Shown here one piece after another: positions 11,122 through 19,593 of a DNA stretch of 64,000 bases; the stretch's first letter is position 1, and every line of letters begins with the position of its first letter. The notes under the pieces were generated by a model. It searched no databases. It was given only the letters and a program-made list of their open reading frames with translations, and was not told where the DNA came from. The DNA is taken from contig JBBCGO010000001.1 of NCBI GenBank assembly GCA_037200925.1, positions 447,698-511,697 on the forward strand, given 5' to 3'. The stretch comes from Candidatus Doudnabacteria bacterium (lineage in GTDB: Bacteria > Patescibacteriota > Doudnabacteria > UBA920 > O2-02-FULL-48-8). The position numbers and the translations under genes were made by a program.

Positions 11122-11304
11122 TTAAGTCGCCACCCTGGTCTTAGGAGAACCCCCTCTAAGAGTTGAACCTACAGCCAAGGTAGCAGCTTTACTATCCCTG
11201 TTCTTAATAACTTGTTTTTGCCAGTAATTAAAGAAGTATCTGGCTAAGGCGTCAGACACAGCTTCTTTGTTTTCTTTGGTTAGTTTTGTTCTATGATTTG
11301 TCAT
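11122..11304 (-). CDS. Small hypothetical protein upstream of Rep
   Basis: 60-aa ORF co-oriented with Rep. Confidence 0.5.
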   Translation of the reverse strand: MTNHRTKLTKENKEAVSDALARYFFNYWQKQVIKNRDSKAATLAVGSTLRGGSPKTRVAT

Positions 11305-11409
11305 TTTTTTGAAACAAAAACAGCCCCATCAGGGCTGTTCTCGTAAGAACAGATTCTAATGGGGCTTCGTAAAGCCTAAGCCACAAAGTCTCGTAAGGCC
11401 TTATGACAC

Positions 11410-12207
11410 TTATTTGTCGGGGATAATTTTCAAATCCTTTGGGATTTGGAGGGTCTCGCTACACTTGCTACATTTATGCGTTCCTCTCATAAAGTGAGAC
11501 ATATCTTCAATTTTGAAGATCAGGTTGCCGCATTTGCTACAAACACAATTCGCACTCTTAATTCTTGGTGAAATTATACCTTCTTTGATGTAGTTGTCAA
11601 CTTGTTTCTTAAATCTTTCCTCAACTTTAAGGGATATATCGTCGGCCAAATTATCAAATCTCTCTTTTAAAGCCATCACGGCCGACCTGACTTCAAATGC
11701 AGGCGATGGAGATGGGCTTGGTGAGTAAGATGGCGATGGTGAAAACGAAGGAGATAAACTGATCTGTTCGACGGTAAGACCAAAATCATATTTTTTATTC
11801 AGAGAAACAACACTACTAATAACTCGGTCACTGGCTTCGGTCAATCTTATTGTAGGTTCAGTTAAGGTGGCAAAATTAGTGGTCAACTGTTGTATTGATG
11901 ATACAACCTTTCCAGCCTGAATAAATACGGGAGAATGAGCTAAATCAGTCAACACTTTTGCGGAATTATTTAGGTCAATCAACATTCCATTATTAACTGT
12001 CATAACCGTGCCTAAATTTGCAAGATTCTGGGTTGCCAAGACTAGGCTAGGAGAATGGATCGTTTCTGCTAATGCCCTTGCCGACCTGGTTATATCAGTA
12101 ACAATTGCATCGTTGATCGAAGTTCCAATAATAGCAGAGACTGGTGCTGGTTTTTTCAAATCAACTTCGTCTTTTTTCTTGTTTTGAGGGGGTTTAGTGT
12201 CGGACAT
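11410..12207 (-). CDS. Hypothetical protein with Ser-Pro linker and C-terminal CxxC..CxxC zinc ribbon
   Basis: SPSPS repeats; CSKC..CSKC. Confidence 0.7.
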   Translation of the reverse strand: MSDTKPPQNKKKDEVDLKKPAPVSAIIGTSINDAIVTDITRSARALAETIHSPSLVLATQNLANLGTVMTVNNGMLIDLNNSAKVLTDLAHSPVFIQAGKVVSSIQQLTTNFATLTEPTIRLTEASDRVISSVVSLNKKYDFGLTVEQISLSPSFSPSPSYSPSPSPSPAFEVRSAVMALKERFDNLADDISLKVEERFKKQVDNYIKEGIISPRIKSANCVCSKCGNLIFKIEDMSHFMRGTHKCSKCSETLQIPKDLKIIPDK

Positions 12208-12366
12208 TACTTAGAGGGGTTTATATGCATCAATATATTAACAAAAAACAGGCTTGCCGCCTATTTCAAATTTTGGAATCGCATAGTAAAGGATGTTAGA
12301 ACTCAAATATATACTACACAGAGTGCTTAAAACTACCCTAGAATATTTTAGGAGTTATAATTATTT

Positions 12367-12654
12367 TCAGTCCTCTAACCATTTATTTTTTTGAATGATC
12401 CCAATAAAATATGCGGTTGCGTGTGTTGCAAGTGTAAGTCCAGTCTTACTTAACCCGTCCCAATCGCCGATAGAAATAAAGTGATAAGCCATTATTATAG
12501 CCCAAAGCAATACTATCGCTGGTAAGACATAAATAACACAAATCAAAACATTATTTACTGCGTTTAATGCAGTTTGTTTCCGTCTATGACTTTGTGAAGC
12601 ATCATCAGCTTCCAAATCAGCCTCTGTTGCAACATTTTTGCCTTTCCTTTTCAT
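12367..12654 (-). CDS. Small membrane protein (about 2 TM)
   Basis: Hydrophobic segments; 1-nt gap after the IrrE-like gene. Confidence 0.7.
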   Translation of the reverse strand: MKRKGKNVATEADLEADDASQSHRRKQTALNAVNNVLICVIYVLPAIVLLWAIIMAYHFISIGDWDGLSKTGLTLATHATAYFIGIIQKNKWLED

Positions 12655-12655
12655 A

Positions 12656-13168
12656 TTAGACTATGGTTTGCCCTAGTAAGAATCTTGCTCTCAATGTTGC
12701 CGCAGATTCTGAAACCTTAAATTGCTCTGCAACTTCCGGCAAACTAATAGCATTTTTCCAAACCCTTAAAAATAAGTCTTTAGGCATCAGTAAATCAGCC
12801 GCCATATTATTGGCTTCAATTTCGATCTTTTTTTCAGCGTCTGTTAACTCTCTGCCCTCTTCGCTATTAAGTGCCTTAACAGGTTGTTTAATATTATCAA
12901 TATGTTCATTATTTGTATCAAAAAGATGTTTATGTTGAATGAAATGAGCTATTTCGTGAGCAATTGTAAAACGCTTCCTTGTTAACGGGTGAGAAGTGTT
13001 AATGTAAATAACAAAGTTGTCGCCCTCTTTGCTCAAAGAACCAGCATAATTATCATCTAATTCGCTGGTTTCTACTACATATAGACCTAATTCTTTTGCC
13101 AAATCAACAATAGGCACAGGATTTTGCTGAGCATATTTTGCTAAGATTTGTTCGGTTTTTTGATCCAT
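12656..13168 (-). CDS. ImmA/IrrE family metallo-endopeptidase
   Basis: RKRFTIAHEIAH and EIEANNMAADLLMP. Confidence 0.92.
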   Translation of the reverse strand: MDQKTEQILAKYAQQNPVPIVDLAKELGLYVVETSELDDNYAGSLSKEGDNFVIYINTSHPLTRKRFTIAHEIAHFIQHKHLFDTNNEHIDNIKQPVKALNSEEGRELTDAEKKIEIEANNMAADLLMPKDLFLRVWKNAISLPEVAEQFKVSESAATLRARFLLGQTIV

Positions 13169-13297
13169 ACTTTTTAGAAAATAATGCCTAATTCTATACT
13201 ACCACACCCTCTGGGTAAAGTCATTGGATAAAATGAGCCTTGCATTCTTCAATTGAAAACCTAAATTACCCAGCTTTAATTTATAGAAAATAAATTT

Positions 13298-13372
13298 TGG
13301 GGTGCCAGACGAGAATCGAACTCGCGTGACCGCTGCCACAGAGCGGCGTTCTACCATTGAACTACTGGCACC
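13298..13372 (-). tRNA. tRNA-His (GUG), intact, with G-1 and encoded CCA
   Basis: GGTGCCAGTAGTTCAATGGTAGAACGCCGCTCTGTGGCAGCGGTCACGCGAGTTCGATTCTCGTCTGGCACCCCA folds as a cloverleaf. Confidence 0.95.
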
Positions 13373-13451
13373 ATAACAATTTAATTACACTACTTGCTAC
13401 ACATCATAATGGCCACATCCTAACAGTTTAATTTGCTTCCACATTGGAAAG

Positions 13452-13525
13452 TCAGCGGCCGAGCGGAATCGGACCCACGTGACAGCTGCCACAGAGCTGC
13501 GTTCTACCATTGAACTACGGGCACC
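13452..13525 (-). pseudogene. Disrupted tRNA-His (GUG): intact 5' half, degenerate T-arm/acceptor 3' half; probable att junction
   Basis: GGTGCCCGTAGTTCAATGGTAGAACGCAGCTCTGTGGCAGCTGTCACGTGGGT followed by CCGATTCCGCTCGGCCGCTGAC, which cannot complete the T-stem or acceptor and has no CCA. Confidence 0.8.
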
Positions 13526-13640
13526 TCGTCTCAGTTTGTAGACACTTCGCGATTTTGCTTCGCAAAATACGCTACGGTCTACACGCTGCTCCTCTCAAAA
13601 AATTTGTTCTCGGCCTTCGGCCTGCGACTCAAATTTTTTG
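13526..13640 (-). repeat. tRNA 5'-abutting structured element, copy 1 (His)
   Basis: 71-nt core GAGAGGAGCAGC..AGACCGTAGC..TTTTGCGAAGCAAAA..GCGAAG..GTCT..CTG.GACGA plus upstream AT-rich hairpin. Confidence 0.85.
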
Positions 13641-13651
13641 TGGTTTAAAAG

Positions 13652-13963
13652 CTACTTACTTGCGACCATGACCGCGAACACGACCACTGTCAGTGCAAAC
13701 ATCCAACCCACAGTATACCCAAAAAACTTCAGCGCTTCTTTTTTCTGTCCATCAAAATACATCAGCACCGGCCGGCCCAATACTAACGCGCTGGTGATCG
13801 CGGCGGATAGCACAAACAACATCAGGACTAAGATAGGAGTAAACGCAGTATCTTTCTGTCCGAACCAAACAGACCCATGGTTCATGATAGATGCGACGAG
13901 AGTGACATACAGCAGCACCAAAACCGCATGACCCAAACTGTGAGCAACTGGATTGTCTTTCAT
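13652..13963 (-). CDS. Small integral membrane protein (about 3 TM)
   Basis: 103-aa hydrophobic ORF. Confidence 0.8.
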   Translation of the reverse strand: MKDNPVAHSLGHAVLVLLYVTLVASIMNHGSVWFGQKDTAFTPILVLMLFVLSAAITSALVLGRPVLMYFDGQKKEALKFFGYTVGWMFALTVVVFAVMVASK

Positions 13964-13977
13964 ATTTTATCCTTTCT

Positions 13978-14052
13978 TGGTGCCCCTGGCTGGAATCGAA
14001 CCAACATCAAGGCCTTAGAAGAGCCTTGCTTTATCCATTAAGCTACAGGGGC
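13978..14052 (-). tRNA. tRNA-Arg (UCU)
   Basis: GCCCCTGTAGCTTAATGGATAAAGCAAGGCTCTTCTAAGGCCTTGATGTTGGTTCGATTCCAGCCAGGGGCACCA. Confidence 0.95.
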
Positions 14053-14277
14053 GCAATTTTAACAAAAAATCCCCACACAGATTGGAGATTCAGCATAAAC
14101 ATACCTGCTGTGTCAGGTAGGTTTGGATCGATTTTTTAAAGCCTCTTAATTATACTCCTGTTCAGCCTAAATGTCAAAAAATGTTAATTTTTGCTTAGGT
14201 TTCTGTTATAATAATATCAACAATTTTGGGCGGCTATCCTCAATAGAAACCCAAAAAAACAACTAAAAAGAGGGCTT

Positions 14278-15099
14278 ATGCTAAAGGCATTTTGGCTTTT
14301 CTCGCTCATCCCTACTTTCCTGTTGGTGTCAGCCACGACAGTCTACCTCCACCGGGCTTCTACCCACGTTTCAGTAAAGTTCATCTCCGGCGTCAGATGG
14401 TGCTGGAAATTCATTATCTGGTTCACGGGCGGTCCGGACGAGGCTCAGTGGGTTGCAGTTCATCGCTACCATCACGTCTACAGCGACAAACCAGGTGATC
14501 CGCACAGTCCGCACATAGATGGTTTCCCACAGATCCAAATGGGAAACGTAATCTTCTACGTGCGATGGATCAGAAATCATTCCGAGCTGGTCGAGCGGTA
14601 CTCGCGCGATGTGAGAAAGAGATACGGCTGGTGGGACCGCCATGTGTTCTGCCATCCCCGCTACGGCATCCTTGCCGGGACCGCGACCCTTTGCATGATG
14701 ATCGGTTTGTACTTTCACTCAGTTCGGATCGGATTGTACGGCGGCGTGATCGCCGCGTTCATGCATTTTCTGCAGTACGTTTTCCTGCTCACACCGTCCA
14801 TCAACGGCTTATGCCACTGGCCGCACAAATGGCTCGGCGGCTACCAGCACAGATTTCTGAAAGAGAACCAATGGATAGCCGTTGACCACGCGCTGCTTAC
14901 ATTCAACAATTGGGTCGTCGCGATGCTGACCGGCGGTGAAGGCTTCCACTACAACCACCACTGGGAACGCATGTCCGCGCGGTTCTCGAAGAATTGGATA
15001 GAACTGCCCGCAGACTGGGGCTACTGGCTCTGGATCTGGCCCATGGAAAAACTGGGCCTGGCTTACGACGTGAAAGTCGCAAAATGGACCTACATATAA
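14278..15099 (+). CDS. Membrane fatty-acid (delta-9-like) desaturase
   Basis: Three His boxes HRASTH, HRYHH, HYNHH; GDPHSP; GEGFH. Confidence 0.9.
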   Translation: MLKAFWLFSLIPTFLLVSATTVYLHRASTHVSVKFISGVRWCWKFIIWFTGGPDEAQWVAVHRYHHVYSDKPGDPHSPHIDGFPQIQMGNVIFYVRWIRNHSELVERYSRDVRKRYGWWDRHVFCHPRYGILAGTATLCMMIGLYFHSVRIGLYGGVIAAFMHFLQYVFLLTPSINGLCHWPHKWLGGYQHRFLKENQWIAVDHALLTFNNWVVAMLTGGEGFHYNHHWERMSARFSKNWIELPADWGYWLWIWPMEKLGLAYDVKVAKWTYI

Positions 15100-15133
15100 C
15101 CGCTTAACCTTTCGGGGTTAGGCGGCTTTTTTT
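15100..15133 (+). terminator. Intrinsic terminator
   Basis: CCGCTTAACC-loop-GGTTAGGCGG followed by a T run, directly after the desaturase stop. Confidence 0.8.
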
Positions 15134-15198
15134 GTCTGTTAATAAATGAAACAATTTACGCGATCAAACGTATAAATTATAGAAAGGAGAACAAATAT

Positions 15199-15357
15199 AT
15201 GGCATGGTATGGAGATTCAAAAGGGCACGCCGATGCTGGCAAAAAAGGGGGCAAGGCCCAGGGTAAACGCAACAATCCGGGAAATTTCGCTAATGATCGG
15301 GAAAAAGCCAAACGCGCAGGCCGCAAGGGCGGCTCAGCCTCAGGCGGCGCGGACTAA
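15199..15357 (+). CDS. KGG-repeat general stress protein (52 aa)
   Basis: Manual translation MAWYGDSKGHADAGKKGG..GNFANDREKAKRAGRKGG; AGGAG SD upstream. Confidence 0.88.
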   Translation: MAWYGDSKGHADAGKKGGKAQGKRNNPGNFANDREKAKRAGRKGGSASGGAD

Positions 15358-15362
15358 ATTGG

Positions 15363-16415
15363 TCAGCCGGTAGCGGAAACCAGGAACAGATCAATATCAA
15401 GTTTGGTATTGGAATCCGAGCTTTTTATCCTATGGTCTATCAGAAGCAGCTGCTGGAGCAGCTGCTTTAATTTTGCAACTGAAATATTTTTGAGGTTTTT
15501 CGCAGTAATAAACACGCGCCCCGGGCTCCAGCCTAGTTTTTCCGCGATCTGCTCGTTGGTATGTCCGGCCGACTGCAAAAGGCTTGTGACCAAAAGGCTT
15601 CTTAACTGTTCGGAAAGCAAACCTATCACTTTTATAAAAGTGGTTTTTTCCTCGGTTGTGGCTCCTGCGATAAAATTCTCCAGAGCTTGGAAAGCGCCTT
15701 TTTGATTTTTGACGATCATCTCATCCGTCAAAGCAAAAACCGAATCCGGGATCTTGGGCTTTACCAGCGAATTAACGTCCTGCGGCTCGATGCGGGTGGT
15801 GTTGCTGGAAAGTTTCAATAATTCGGAATAAACTTGCCAGAGGTCAAAAGCTTCTTTGCGTTCTATAACCTTGCCCCCGGCTTTTTTTTCTTCGTACAGG
15901 TCCCGGCCCAAAAATTGGGCCAGGCGGTTTACTGCCCCGTCAGAGATCTCTGAGCCCAAAGTTTTGGCCATGGCTTTGATCCATTGGTCCAGAACCGGGC
16001 CATGCGGCAGGTTGAACTCCGTCACATTAATGCCTGATGCCAGGAATTTTTTGGTGAATCCCAGGCGGCGGTCAATTTTCAAGGTTTGCCAGAAAACCAA
16101 AAAATTATCAGCAGGCACGTTTTGGATGAATTGCAAAAGAAATTCGGCTAAAACGGCCTGATCCGCTTTTTTCGGCAGACTATCGCGGATGATGATCAGT
16201 TTCTTGCTTGAAAAAAGTGACGGCTCCAGCAAATGCTGCAGATTTTTGATGAGCTCGGTTTCGGACAGATTCTCGCCGTCAAACAGGCTGATGGAAGAAG
16301 CGGAATATTTTTTGGCGAACTCGGCTTTCCATCGGTCAAGTTTACGGCGCAGCGAAAAATCGTCCTCGCCGTAAAAAAGAAAAATGTTAGAAGAGGGAGA
16401 GGTTTTTTCCGTCAT
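15363..16415 (-). CDS. holA: DNA polymerase III subunit delta
   Basis: FLFYGEDDF, PSLFSSKKLIII, SVFALTD, DHRIKSS. Confidence 0.9.
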   Translation of the reverse strand: MTEKTSPSSNIFLFYGEDDFSLRRKLDRWKAEFAKKYSASSISLFDGENLSETELIKNLQHLLEPSLFSSKKLIIIRDSLPKKADQAVLAEFLLQFIQNVPADNFLVFWQTLKIDRRLGFTKKFLASGINVTEFNLPHGPVLDQWIKAMAKTLGSEISDGAVNRLAQFLGRDLYEEKKAGGKVIERKEAFDLWQVYSELLKLSSNTTRIEPQDVNSLVKPKIPDSVFALTDEMIVKNQKGAFQALENFIAGATTEEKTTFIKVIGLLSEQLRSLLVTSLLQSAGHTNEQIAEKLGWSPGRVFITAKNLKNISVAKLKQLLQQLLLIDHRIKSSDSNTKLDIDLFLVSATG

Positions 16416-16599
16416 GCTTTTTTGTCAATTTCTGATTGATGATCTTATTTATGTCCGACTGTCTGATCTTCCACTGTGAGCCGATCTTGAATGCCGGCAG
16501 CTTGCCGGATTTGCACCAGCGCCAGATGGTCTGGTTGGACACGCCGAAAAATTTGGATAACTGCTCGACGTTCATTATCTTATCGTCTTTGCCATTCAT
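16387..16599 (-). CDS. HTH_17 DNA-binding protein
   Basis: MNVEQLSKFFGVSNQTIWRWCKSGKLPAFKIGSQWKI; overlaps the holA start. Confidence 0.85.
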   Translation of the reverse strand: MNGKDDKIMNVEQLSKFFGVSNQTIWRWCKSGKLPAFKIGSQWKIRQSDINKIINQKLTKKHDGKNLSLF

Positions 16600-16676
16600 A
16601 TGCCTCAAGCTTATCATTCCCAAACGTTGATTTCAAGGCTCAAAAATGCTATATTTTGGAAGCTATTCAGCAAAAC

Positions 16677-16751
16677 GCGTCCGTGGTGAAACGGATATCA
16701 CAACGGTCTTCGGAACCGTTATTGGGGGTTCGATTCCCTCCGGACGCACCA
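16677..16751 (+). tRNA. tRNA-Arg (UCG)
   Basis: GCGTCCG..AACGGT-CTTCGGA-ACCGTT..GGTTCGATTCC..CGGACGC ACCA. Confidence 0.93.
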
Positions 16752-16758
16752 AAATATT

Positions 16759-18165
16759 ATGAGAACAATTTTTGAACGAGAAATAATTCCTGTGCCTGAG
16801 TTTGATGAAAGCAGGATTTCGCCTGATAATCTCATTGAAAAAAAGAAAAGCCTTTTTGAAAAAGTCCGCCAAGGTGTATATAAGCGCTTGAATGCGATGG
16901 CCCTGGCGGGTTTTTTGACTGTAAGCCTTTCTTCGGAAAGCTACGCAGATCAGGTAAAATTTGCAAAGCCGGAAAATGCTCCTGCTCATTTTGTCATCGA
17001 AAAAGAGGTAGACGCGGATAAACTGGAGAATTTCAAGAATAAAGTAAAAGCGGAAGAGCCGGAGTTTGCACAATGGACCGAGGACTATGCCTCTTCAGTA
17101 AAAAAAGGAATGGATGAGATGTCCGCCCAGATAGATAATTTTAGCCCGGACAAAGACCGGAAGGAAGAAAAGGAATTTGAAGTTGAAAGCAGTGACAAAA
17201 AAATTTACGGCTTGAATCCAAAATATCTGGTAAAACGAAACCATAAGGTATTGGAAGAGCTCAGAACGAATAAGGATTTCCGCAAGGCCCAGCAGATGCT
17301 GAAAGACAACCTCGAGAACATTCTTTGGAGATTTATTCAGATGGATGATTCTGCGGCCGTCAGAAATACTATGCGCGAAAAAGTAGAAAAGCCAAATATA
17401 GATTTTAAATATCACCAGGGCTTTGAACTCGACCGCAGTCTCGCGGTTACCACCGTACACCCCCAACAAGATGGCGAAAAACTGCAGTCGAATCTTAAAT
17501 TTTCCCCGACAAGTTTTGTTGATGTAAACGGCAAGATCGACATAAATCTTTTTGTAAACACATTTGTCCATGAACTCTACCACGGCATGCATCCGGGAAG
17601 CCAAAAACAAGAACCCGGACTGATGACCGGCTTCCAGCTAAATATGATCGAAGGGATCGCGCAAAACGTCACCTTTGAGGTCATGCAGTCTATCGCCAGG
17701 AACAACGATATCAAAAGCTTAAGACCTGAAGTTGGCATGAACGGGTACGATGAGCTGGTGGTATTGGCTTCCATTACAGATGCGGTCATTCGGCCTTCCA
17801 AAAATCCGGACCTCCTGGCCCAGTGGAACGCCGGCATAATAAGCGAACAAAAATTTTTATCTGCTTTTAAAAAAATTCTCCCGGATATTGGCATTGATCC
17901 GGGCCTGGCCGACGACCTGGCAGAACTAAGTTCCAATCAACGGGATCCTGAAGTTTATTCTCCGGTGACCAAAGCATATGAAAGCATGCTGGCTCGGCTC
18001 AAAATAAGCGGCTATGAACTGTCTCCCAAGTTCGTCGAAGGTATACTCAAAAACGGAAGAAAAACCGATAGCACACAAGACCAGAACGTGGCAATAAACC
18101 TAAAACTGAGCAAATTAAATGAGAAGGTTTCCAGGCGAATGGAAAATATAAAAAACAAAGAATGA
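16759..18165 (+). CDS. Hypothetical membrane-anchored protein with zincin HExxH motif
   Basis: Hydrophobic LNAMALAGFLTVSL; TFVHELYHG..MIEGIAQ. Confidence 0.65.
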   Translation: MRTIFEREIIPVPEFDESRISPDNLIEKKKSLFEKVRQGVYKRLNAMALAGFLTVSLSSESYADQVKFAKPENAPAHFVIEKEVDADKLENFKNKVKAEEPEFAQWTEDYASSVKKGMDEMSAQIDNFSPDKDRKEEKEFEVESSDKKIYGLNPKYLVKRNHKVLEELRTNKDFRKAQQMLKDNLENILWRFIQMDDSAAVRNTMREKVEKPNIDFKYHQGFELDRSLAVTTVHPQQDGEKLQSNLKFSPTSFVDVNGKIDINLFVNTFVHELYHGMHPGSQKQEPGLMTGFQLNMIEGIAQNVTFEVMQSIARNNDIKSLRPEVGMNGYDELVVLASITDAVIRPSKNPDLLAQWNAGIISEQKFLSAFKKILPDIGIDPGLADDLAELSSNQRDPEVYSPVTKAYESMLARLKISGYELSPKFVEGILKNGRKTDSTQDQNVAINLKLSKLNEKVSRRMENIKNKE

Positions 18166-18452
18166 AAGTGTTTCAGCGCAGAAAAGAAAATTTTGTCTGT
18201 GGGTATTGCGGCTACAAAATCACGGGAACAGGCTATACCAATCACTGCCCGAAATGCCTGTTCAGCAAGCACGTGGATATCAATCCCGGGGACCGGGCAG
18301 AGATCTGCCAAGGATTGATGGAACCGATCGGAATCGGGCAAGAACATAACGAATTTACAATTTTGCATAAATGCATTAAATGCGGAGCAATTCGAAAAAA
18401 CAAGACTGTCAAAGAAGACGATTTTGATTTAATAGTAAAACTGACTCAGTAG
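18162..18452 (+). CDS. RNHCP domain zinc-binding protein
   Basis: FVCGYCG..TNHCPKCLFSKHVD..PGDRA..CQGLM..HKCIKCG. Confidence 0.9.
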   Translation: MKVFQRRKENFVCGYCGYKITGTGYTNHCPKCLFSKHVDINPGDRAEICQGLMEPIGIGQEHNEFTILHKCIKCGAIRKNKTVKEDDFDLIVKLTQ

Positions 18453-18525
18453 CCCTAACAGGCTCTGTTTTTTTAATCTTTTTTGGCATATAATTTACAT
18501 AACAACAGCATTACGCAAGGAGGAT

Positions 18526-18773
18526 GCATGACGGCTGAGCAAGCGCGGAGCTTGAAGCCTCATTCGATTATTTGGGTCGATGGCTACGGTACCAAAATCG
18601 TCCGCCGGTTCCCCGGCCGAGAGCGCGCAGAAGTCGTTGCAATCGACGACGAAGGGATCAACGTGAGGTTTATCGATCTTGATGCGGCTCCGCAGCTCAA
18701 TGTTCCTTTTGAGATGGCTCATAATGAACCCTCGCCGCATACCGCGCATGTCCACCTGGAGATCACGCCGTGA
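18526..18773 (+). CDS. Hypothetical protein (start approximate)
   Basis: ORF with GGAGG upstream of the MTAEQ start region. Confidence 0.55.
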
Positions 18774-18908
18774 ACAAGCCGAATGAGTCGAACCGGATCC
18801 AGCGGATACTGGAACTGAGCCGCATTAACACGCGGCCAACACCGAAACCAGCACCCAAACGCACCCCATCTTCTTCGCCGCCAAAGTGACTGGGGTCTTT
18901 TTTTACTC

Positions 18909-18937
18909 TTGAAAAAACCTCTTAATAAATGTAAACT
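18909..18937 (+). promoter_or_regulatory. Sigma70-type promoter for the leader element + tRNA-Lys
   Basis: TTGAAA-17 nt-TAAACT with TG immediately upstream of the -10. Confidence 0.55.
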
Positions 18938-18961
18938 GAATAAGCTTTAGGCATTAAAGCC

Positions 18962-19081
18962 CAACAAAAATTAAGTGCGGAGACCGTAGGTCGGGCACGA
19001 ATTTTTGTTGAGAGGAGCAGCATGCAGACCGTAGCACTTTTTGCGAAGCAAAAATGCGAAGTGTCTGCCAGTCTGCGACGA
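18962..19081 (+). repeat. tRNA 5'-abutting structured element, copy 2 (Lys)
   Basis: Same core as 13526-13596; ends GACGA directly before tRNA position +1. Confidence 0.85.
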
Positions 19082-19157
19082 GGAGTGGTAGCTCAACTGG
19101 TAGAGCAGTTGCCTCTTAAGCAATTGGTTCTGGGTTCGAGTCCCAGCCACTCCACCA
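19082..19157 (+). tRNA. tRNA-Lys (CUU)
   Basis: GGAGTGGTAGCTCAACTGGTAGAGCAGTTGCCTCTTAAGCAATTGGTTCTGGGTTCGAGTCCCAGCCACTCCACCA. Confidence 0.95.
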
Positions 19158-19218
19158 CAAAAAATCTCATTCATTTTGAATGAGATTTTTTGTTATCAAA
19201 ACATAATCAATAGAAATC

Positions 19219-19590
19219 TTATTGCCGAAAACGATAGTATAGCCAAGCTATGACCGCGATCAAACCCAATGTTCCCACGATCAGCAATATCCAATACAGC
19301 AGAACCGGTTCAGTGGATGGGGCAACCAAGTTCACTGCCGGCACGCCGACCGGAACCGGTTGAACCTCGGGCGTGGGGCTTGGTGATGGCGCCGATATTT
19401 GCTTTTGGTCAAGCGCCTGGGTTTGATTGTAAGTGCTGTCAGGGCTATTAACACTCTGGCTGTAGTTTGGCGCTGTGTTTTGCGGGATAGGCTGCAAAGG
19501 CGTGCCTATCGGGACCATGCGGGCGGCAATTGATGGCCTGGCGAAAAACAAAACTGCCAGCAAGATTGAAAAAAATATTTTTTGCTTCAT
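19219..19590 (-). CDS. Secreted, C-terminally membrane-anchored Pro-rich protein
   Basis: Signal peptide, P/S/T/Q-rich middle, C-terminal TM. Confidence 0.75.
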   Translation of the reverse strand: MKQKIFFSILLAVLFFARPSIAARMVPIGTPLQPIPQNTAPNYSQSVNSPDSTYNQTQALDQKQISAPSPSPTPEVQPVPVGVPAVNLVAPSTEPVLLYWILLIVGTLGLIAVIAWLYYRFRQ

Positions 19591-19593
19591 AAA

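Larger units (their letters stand above)
1..13480. mobile_element. Integrative element / genomic island (right part; left end outside window) inserted at tRNA-His
   Basis: AT-rich block with large serine recombinase, Rep-like gene, excisionase-like HTH and accessory genes; ends at a tRNA-His copy whose 3' half is degenerate (13452-13525). Confidence 0.8.

Noticed and set aside
19010-19081. Hammerhead, HDV/theta ribozyme or T-box identity for the tRNA leader element
   Set aside because: No CUGANGA/GAAA core, no HDV-type pseudoknot (theta ribozymes lie 3' of tRNAs) and no T-box sequence; left unassigned
18971-19174. Short ORFs over tRNA genes (also 37465-37766, 38429-38611, 16491-17073)
   Set aside because: They overlap tRNAs, leader elements or real genes and show no protein motifs
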